64,000 nt of DNA from Ostreococcus lucimarinus (lineage: Eukaryota): NCBI GenBank assembly GCA_000092065.1, contig CP000582.1; one strand, 5' to 3'. Positions within the stretch are counted from its first letter, which is position 1; every line of letters begins with the position of its first letter. Positions 58,075 through 64,000 of this stretch are shown here, one piece after another. Under the pieces are notes generated by a model. The model was not told the DNA's origin, searched no databases, and was given only the letters and a program-made list of their open reading frames with translations. The position numbers and the translations under genes were made by a program.

Positions 58075-61000
58075 ATGATGAGCTGGAGCCTTGCTTACGC
58101 GAGCAGGATACTACATACTCGAAAAAAATCGAAAGGGAAGCGCAAGTTCACATTTCAAGTGCGTGCTTTTATTACTTCATATTTTTTTCCTTAAATGTGC
58201 CGACAGCCAGTTGCCGACCAGCTTACAGCGATCAATATCGCCCCGTATCCTGACAGTGCGTTTGATCTCAATGTGCGACAACAGGCATTCGGTACTTGTC
58301 TACAACACGCCTTGCTTCACTGGCAGGAATTATGTTGCTCAAACGACTTCAACAGTTTCGCAGCAAAGGCTTCTATCAGGTGCCTCAGTCTACCTCAGCT
58401 CATTTTACACAAAAAGGAAGTAATGGGAGCTCTTTTGAATGGCATTAGATCAGGAAAATGCTATTCTCTTGAAGCGCTCTTTCATTGTCTCGTTGCCATA
58501 GCGAAAGATCTTGGTGCTAGCTTTGTCACATATTTTCCACTTTCAGTTGAGGCAATCACTTGCTGTCTGGAAGGAACTATGGAATTGGACGCGAACCACG
58601 TGGAGTCGGCGTTTCGGTGCCTCGCTACGCTCTGCACATTACTATGGCGGTCAGGCAAAGTTACAATGCTGCATATTTTAGAGTGTACGCGGCATATTAG
58701 AAACCATCCAAAGCAACATGTGCGCAAACTAGCAGCCCAAGCGGTTGCTCCGGCTGTACGAAGTTCGACTAATGAAATCATCTTAGCTAGTGTCAGAAAT
58801 CTCATCATGGAACACTCTATACTGTGTGAGTCAAGTCAGCAGGAACACAGGATAGAAGCAACGACATTCATGTTACACTACATTGCTGTTGGTCATGCGA
58901 GCGCGCTTCACTCAAAGTCGGACAGCGTGCTGAGAGCAGTTTTCGATCCAGACTTCGTACCTGAGGTACGGGGAACTGTCCGTCTAGTCATAGTTCAGAA
59001 CTTACTTGTTTCACTTGATGCATCTCTACCCAAGAGCGCCTTCAAAGAACTATGGAATTCATTTTTACATGTTATCAGTTCTTGTGCTGCTCAAGTGGGT
59101 AACAAGAACATATCAGAAGTCATGTACTTATCTGAGATAGCTATATCCATATGTTCTACAAGGTTCGAATTGTGTACAGATAGCTACAATAAGCTTTCTG
59201 ATTTCGTACACGCTTACTTCTTGTTTTGTACAACCAGTGCAAAACCAGTTGAGCAATCAAGTGTCACTACTTTTGTGCGGCTGCTGGCGGCACTTTCTTC
59301 ACGTAACGAGTTCAAAGCAATGCCAGTGTTAACATCTTTTCCTTGGTGTGATCTGATACGGACTATTGACAACTCTTCGATTACGCTGATACTAAGGGTG
59401 CTGATACAAAACATTGAACTGGGATGCGTCACAGCTCATTACATGAGTGAAGCCTTACTGATAGATTCGTCGCACTTGATTTTTCTTAGAGGATTCGAAA
59501 ACTCTTTAATGTTGGGCAAGATTATTCAAAAGGTGGCAGAATTTTCGAAGGATTTACACTCGAAGTTGATGCGAATCGACGATGCACTCTTGAAGTGGCA
59601 CTTCGAGTGTAAGCTGACATCGCTTGATTTTAGTGAAATATGGTCAACTCTCCAAATTTTACCGTATTTTGCCGACACTCGACTGGTGCAGAGCGTCATT
59701 ACTACCATGGTCTCATATGTCAAGCGTTCAAAAGAGGCAAGTGTGGATCAAAATGCCCTTTCCAGTGGTGCATCGGCTCTTCTCATGTCTTCACTTGAAG
59801 CTGATATACTTTGTCGAGAACTTGATACATCTTCAAATTGCAAGTTCTCGTTTGAACTTATTCGTTTCACTCTCTCATGTCGTATTTCTTCGCCGGCTGT
59901 GTGGTCTTCGTTAGCACGTCTAACTTCTTTGATTATACGGCGAGCCGATGAAATACCAGCCGAACTTATGCCAAGTGATCTGACAGAATGCATACGATCC
60001 CAAAATCGTCTTTTAAGGGTTTCTGTTCTTGAGTATTTAGCGATTATTGCAAACAATCATATGGGCATGTCACCCAAGTCGACTGAGTGTGTTACAGCCT
60101 TTTTGTATATGAACAGGTTGTCTCGTGATAGTGGAAGTATACTCGAATATTCCAGGAAGAGTATCAATTTGATCAGATCCTTGACTCGGAAACTCAGCGA
60201 CTTTGATGCCTCTGATCACGTTGCGGTGTTGAATATGGCTCTGGGAGCGTTGTATCTTCGTTTCAATCCACTATGGGATCCACTTGTAGAACTGATTGGT
60301 GTCTTGAGTGGATCCGATTCTACAGCGCTTCAGTTATTACAGGCAGAAATCCTTCGAACCAAGCAGGAAGTAATTGCTGACCACGATGTCCAAGAAACGA
60401 TTATTTTGTTCCCCACCGACAGCGATCAGACACGTGATGAAGTTTGTGAAGCTCTCAATCCTCAAGAGCGGAGTGTAGAACAGTCTCAACGTTTACAGCT
60501 GTTGATTACGTCTCTGCAGTACTGCACACTTATGGACCAAACTTTTGTACTTGATCTCTTTTTGGATGTTTATTCAGTCTGCCGTAGAAATGAATATAGA
60601 TATGTTGCTACACGGTATTCAGGCATAATTTTAGCTCTCTTAAAGCTTATGCAGAGTAAAGATGAGGTTCGTTCTCTCCTTCTTCGGACAAAATTAGATG
60701 CGCATCAGTTATACGAAGGCGTTTTCACAGCTTTGAAAGCTTTAGTGGGTGATGACAACGCGAACTTGGCATCAGAAGCGCTGAAGTGTATGGGCCTTTT
60801 GAAGTTAGATTATCTCCCTAATATTAGAGTTTCGCAACTATGCTTGCTGACGGATGTTCAGTCAGTGAAGCGCGCGTTAACTTCAATACAATTCGAAGAA
60901 GGTTCAGAGGATTCTGAAGTTTCACATGAGTTTCCTAAGATCCAAGAACGGCACCGGGAGGATGTCATCAGTATCATAGTAAGCATCCTGTCAAAATATA

Positions 61001-64000
61001 TTCTCTCAGGGAAAACTTCATTTAGCTCACTAAAGTCGATCATTTTGAGATGGTTCAGCTGTTTGAGATGTGCTGAAATGGAACCATTTATACATGGGCT
61101 GTTTGTACCCTTGATGAGACCTCATGAAATCAGACTACGTCATGGTACTACTGTATTCTCTACTCAAGCGATAAACTCAGCGATATCAGAAGCTTCACAT
61201 GGTACCTTGATCGCATTGATGTCACAGCTGCGAGAAGTGCATAAAGCGGTACCAATGCATTTGAGAAACTCCACGGATCTTATTCTTTCGGTGATGTTCC
61301 AAATTTTCATGAGAGCATGCAAGCGTCAAGATATCCAAAATGATGAGTTGCTTCGACTTAAAATCTTGCGGTCAAATTCGCTTCGGATGATTGCGCGCAT
61401 TATACCGATTGTGAAGTTCGAAGGTATAGAGCGCCATTGGCTCGATGCGAGTGAATGTTTGATAAATACTGTTAAGGGCTTGGAAAACGAATGCTCCGGC
61501 TCACAAGAACCCGCAGTGCTGTGCCTGCTTTCTTCAATCACACAACGTGTAGATCTCATCAAACTCCTCGAAACTCCCACCGGTCACAAACTTCTCGAAT
61601 ATGTTTTCGCTGTATTGAGCAGCCCAAAGACATCTGAACCATGTAGAAGAACAATTTTGAGCATGATCACCATGCTCCTCAACTCCGTAAATTCTGAGTT
61701 GGGTAATGATTGCACTGTCGCAAATCTGTCCGAAAAAATCGCTGCAGGCGTTCGTATGTCACTTATAAACGAGCTAAAACGCGGAAGAATACCGACATCA
61801 AAGCAATTTGGCGAAGATATGCTCTCTGAAATTCAGATTCTTGAACAATTAAGCAAATTTGAACGCTGCAGTCCGTGGAATATTTGTATGTTCAAAGATG
61901 TGTTAGAGATGGCGTGTACGAAACGTCTGAACAGTGGAAAACGTACTGAGTTGCTCGTTATGTTAAACTCTATACTTTCAGCACTATCTTTGGATGAGCA
62001 ACTCAGACGTGAGTCAGTTGAGAGGTTAGCATTTTTATATGCGACATTGAGAGCACCGTGCTCTAGGAGAGCATTGTTAGATCTCTTCAAAGCACTCGAT
62101 TATTCGCAAGACGGATATAGAGTTCGCATACTTCATGATTTGAATGCTTACTTGGATGGGCGCATTGGCGAAGTGGATCACGGTAGAAGAATTCGGGCAT
62201 ACGCCAAGTTGCAATCACGCTGGGGTGGAGAAGATGAAACATCAATGCAACTGTGGATTTATAACTCGCTGCATGATATATGTTCAAATGACAGCATTCT
62301 TCGTAATTCTGCAAAACTATTGATATATCGGTGTTTGGAAGTTGGTTCAACAGCGTCCTACAACTTCCAGCATGGGCCAAGTTCACGGCTAGTGGTGAAC
62401 ACTGTGTTGCCCTGGGTCGCAGAGCTACTCGGTAGACGGGACCCTCTTATTCGCAATTGTGGTATAGAACTATTAAGATATGCGGTGGTCCGAGGGCATA
62501 TTCTTGATTTTTGCTGTTTGTGTGATCAGAATGAAGAAGTCGATGTATTTCTGAACCTGTGCCACATCCAATCTCACAGGAGAGCCCGGGCAATACGACA
62601 ACTGCATGCGCCTGAAGTTTTAAGCTCTGTGGAGCCCAGACTATATTGGACGTATGTGATTCCTCTTTTCATGGTGTTTTTGGGCGATCCAAGTGCAGAT
62701 GTCGCAGCTACGGCCGTAGATGCTTTGGGTCACACGGTAAAAATACTCGAGTCTGCGGAATATGTCAAGGTTATTTGCCGCCTGTTGCACCTTGCGCACA
62801 GGGCCTCAGAATTACAGAAATTTCATCTGCGCGGTGCGACTTGCATGCTAGAAAATTTGAGAACACACTATGAACCTTACGGCGATTTTGATGATCGGTT
62901 AGTTCGCCGTGGTGAAGCGGCAGATTTGGGGGCTTTATATTCCACTGCACTTCCACTGGCACAGGCATGTATTACTTTGAGACGTGACGCTCAAAGTAGC
63001 GAACAAGGCTCAAGTCAATATCTACAGACAAGTGCAATTTCATGTGTTTCGAGTATGTTGGCACTTTTTGATCATGAAAAATCCGAAGCAGGGACACTTT
63101 GTATGCTCAAGTTCATCATCGAAAACATGAGCAGTCGGTCAGAGAAGTTGCGCGATAATGCAATGACAGCTCTCAAGTTCATTTCAATCAAATTGGGCGA
63201 AAGGCACTTGCCGTTGATCATTCGTGTTCTGCGAAATGGACGGACAACAGGCTTCCATCTCCATGTTCTCGGCAAAGCGATTCATGTGTTAGTGAGTAAC
63301 TGTGTGAACATGTCTCCAGAAATCGCCACAGTCGTTTTTGTGGAAATTGTTCCTACCCTGCAAGCAAATCTCTTCGGAAGCGCGCGAGATCGTATGGATT
63401 CAAAATCTACCAAACCCGTTGTTGAGGCTAAACCAAGTTATTCCTTGAAAACCATAAGCTTAATTGCCGCACTTTTGAAGGACGGAGATTCTTTGATCAA
63501 GTTTGTTCGTACATTTGTTAGGATGCTACCAGAGTCACCAGACAGCAGAAGTCAAAAGAATTTCGAGCTAATTTTACACGCTTTACATGAAGGATTGTTG
63601 CGAAATGCAAGTCTAGGGGTTCAAAATCTTACTTATCTTGCTGGTTCGCTCGTTGAAGAATACATCACTTCCTCCACCGTGGATACCGATTGTGATACGG
63701 ACACAAGTTTGCTTGCGTCAGAGTATTGTGTGAAAATTCATCAATTCGCAATCAGTTTACTATATGATGCACTCAAGTGTGCGGAAAAATTGCGTGATGA
63801 AAGACTTCCATGTGAAAGCGACCTCGAGGCTTTGAAAACGACGATCGCTTTGATGATGCGATGCTTGCTGAGCACGTCATATGAAGTACAGGTCGGGGCA
63901 ACGCGCATCTTAGCAAAACTTTTACGCTCCGGCTTGCTCGCGAAAGAAATTTCCGCAGAAAACTTAACTAAACGGATTATTCGTACACTTAAGTCGTGCA
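58075..64000 (+). CDS. UTP20: UTP20 (DRIM; SSU processome HEAT-repeat protein), partial. Exon 1 58075..58158, 48-nt intron, exon 2 58207..>64000. It continues beyond the window end and is not in the ORF track because it has no stop in the window.
   Basis: Spliced N-terminus is MMSWSLAYASRILHTRKKSKGKRKFTFQ / PVADQLTAINIAPYPDSAFDL...LLHWQELCCSNDFNSFAAKASIRCLSLPQLILHKKEVMGALLNGIRS..SLEALFHCLVAIAKDLGASFVTYFP. This is collinear with yeast Utp20 (SSFKARIDDLKIEPARNL...FDQWKEINLSAKFTEFAAEIEHDVQTLPQILYHDKKIFNSLVSFI..SLQPLLDLLAQFCHDLGPDFLKFY). The conserved DVFLNLCHIQSHRRARAIRQL block (yeast DFFTNVNHIQLHRRQRAIKRL) is also present. More than 1930 codons are read by eye without an in-frame stop. Confidence 0.8.

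Noticed and set aside
57745-58423. ORFs 57745..58194 (+) and 58091..58423 (+) as separate genes
   Set aside because: The 3' part of the first is UTP20 exon 1 (MMSWSLAYASRILHTRKKSKGKRKFTFQ, ending at the GTGCGT donor). The second is an out-of-frame read across the UTP20 intron and 5' exon 2. The portion of 57745..58074 upstream of the ATG has no recognisable coding signal and is treated as a 5' leader.
1-64000. Screened for rRNA genes, prophage or integron structures, and prokaryotic operons
   Set aside because: None found. All coding regions have eukaryotic hallmarks (spliceosomal introns, nuclear housekeeping genes), and no rDNA-like sequence is present.

Overview
This 64-kb window comes from a compact, intron-poor eukaryotic nuclear genome. 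Background GC is about 42-46%. Introns are almost all 46-76 nt, with GTAAGT/GTGAGT/GTACGT donors, YTAAC-like branch sites and AG acceptors. Neighbouring genes often share short divergent promoters or end within tens of bp of each other. I could not assign the lineage from sequence alone. A spliceosomal tRNA-Leu intron and several presequence-bearing organelle-type proteins (SufE, glutathione reductase, arogenate dehydrogenase, PDZ-kinase) are compatible with a plastid-bearing or plastid-derived protist or alga.

I reconstructed about 25 protein-coding genes by hand-splicing, because the six-frame track reports stop-to-stop ORFs and uses GTG/TTG as starts. In window order they are: KIN17, SNW1/PRP45, arginyl-tRNA synthetase, a tiny homeodomain-like gene, sphingosine-1-phosphate lyase, SPT4, SufE, an RPD3-type HDAC, V-ATPase proteolipid c, a TMCO3/Kef-type cation/H+ antiporter, arogenate/prephenate dehydrogenase, isoleucyl-tRNA synthetase, UTP6, separase, eIF4E, a SWR1/SRCAP ATPase, MAK16, glutathione reductase, a cyclin, a PDZ-Ser/Thr kinase, and UTP20 (partial, runs off the 3' end). 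One tRNA-Leu(CAA) gene carrying an intron lies at 40673..40789 (-).

Two accessory regions stand out:
- A GC-rich (about 60%) mobile-element island at about 35430..40560. It contains an 850-bp element with 88-bp terminal inverted repeats, a Harbinger/PIF-type DDE transposase, and a convergent XPG/FEN-like nuclease fused to a SWIM zinc finger. It sits directly upstream of the tRNA-Leu gene.
- A 14-kb ORF (4658 aa; 42647..56623) encoding a type I modular polyketide synthase with no acyltransferase domain in any module and no terminal thioesterase. Its internal modules are >99% identical, about 70% GC tandem duplications (a 1.5-kb KR-ACP unit x2, a 2.14-kb KS-DH unit x3), embedded in host-like 45% GC flanks within the same reading frame. 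A neighbouring small gene carrying a GHSFG (GxSxG) motif may provide the missing thioesterase. A divergently transcribed PDZ-kinase shares the PKS promoter.
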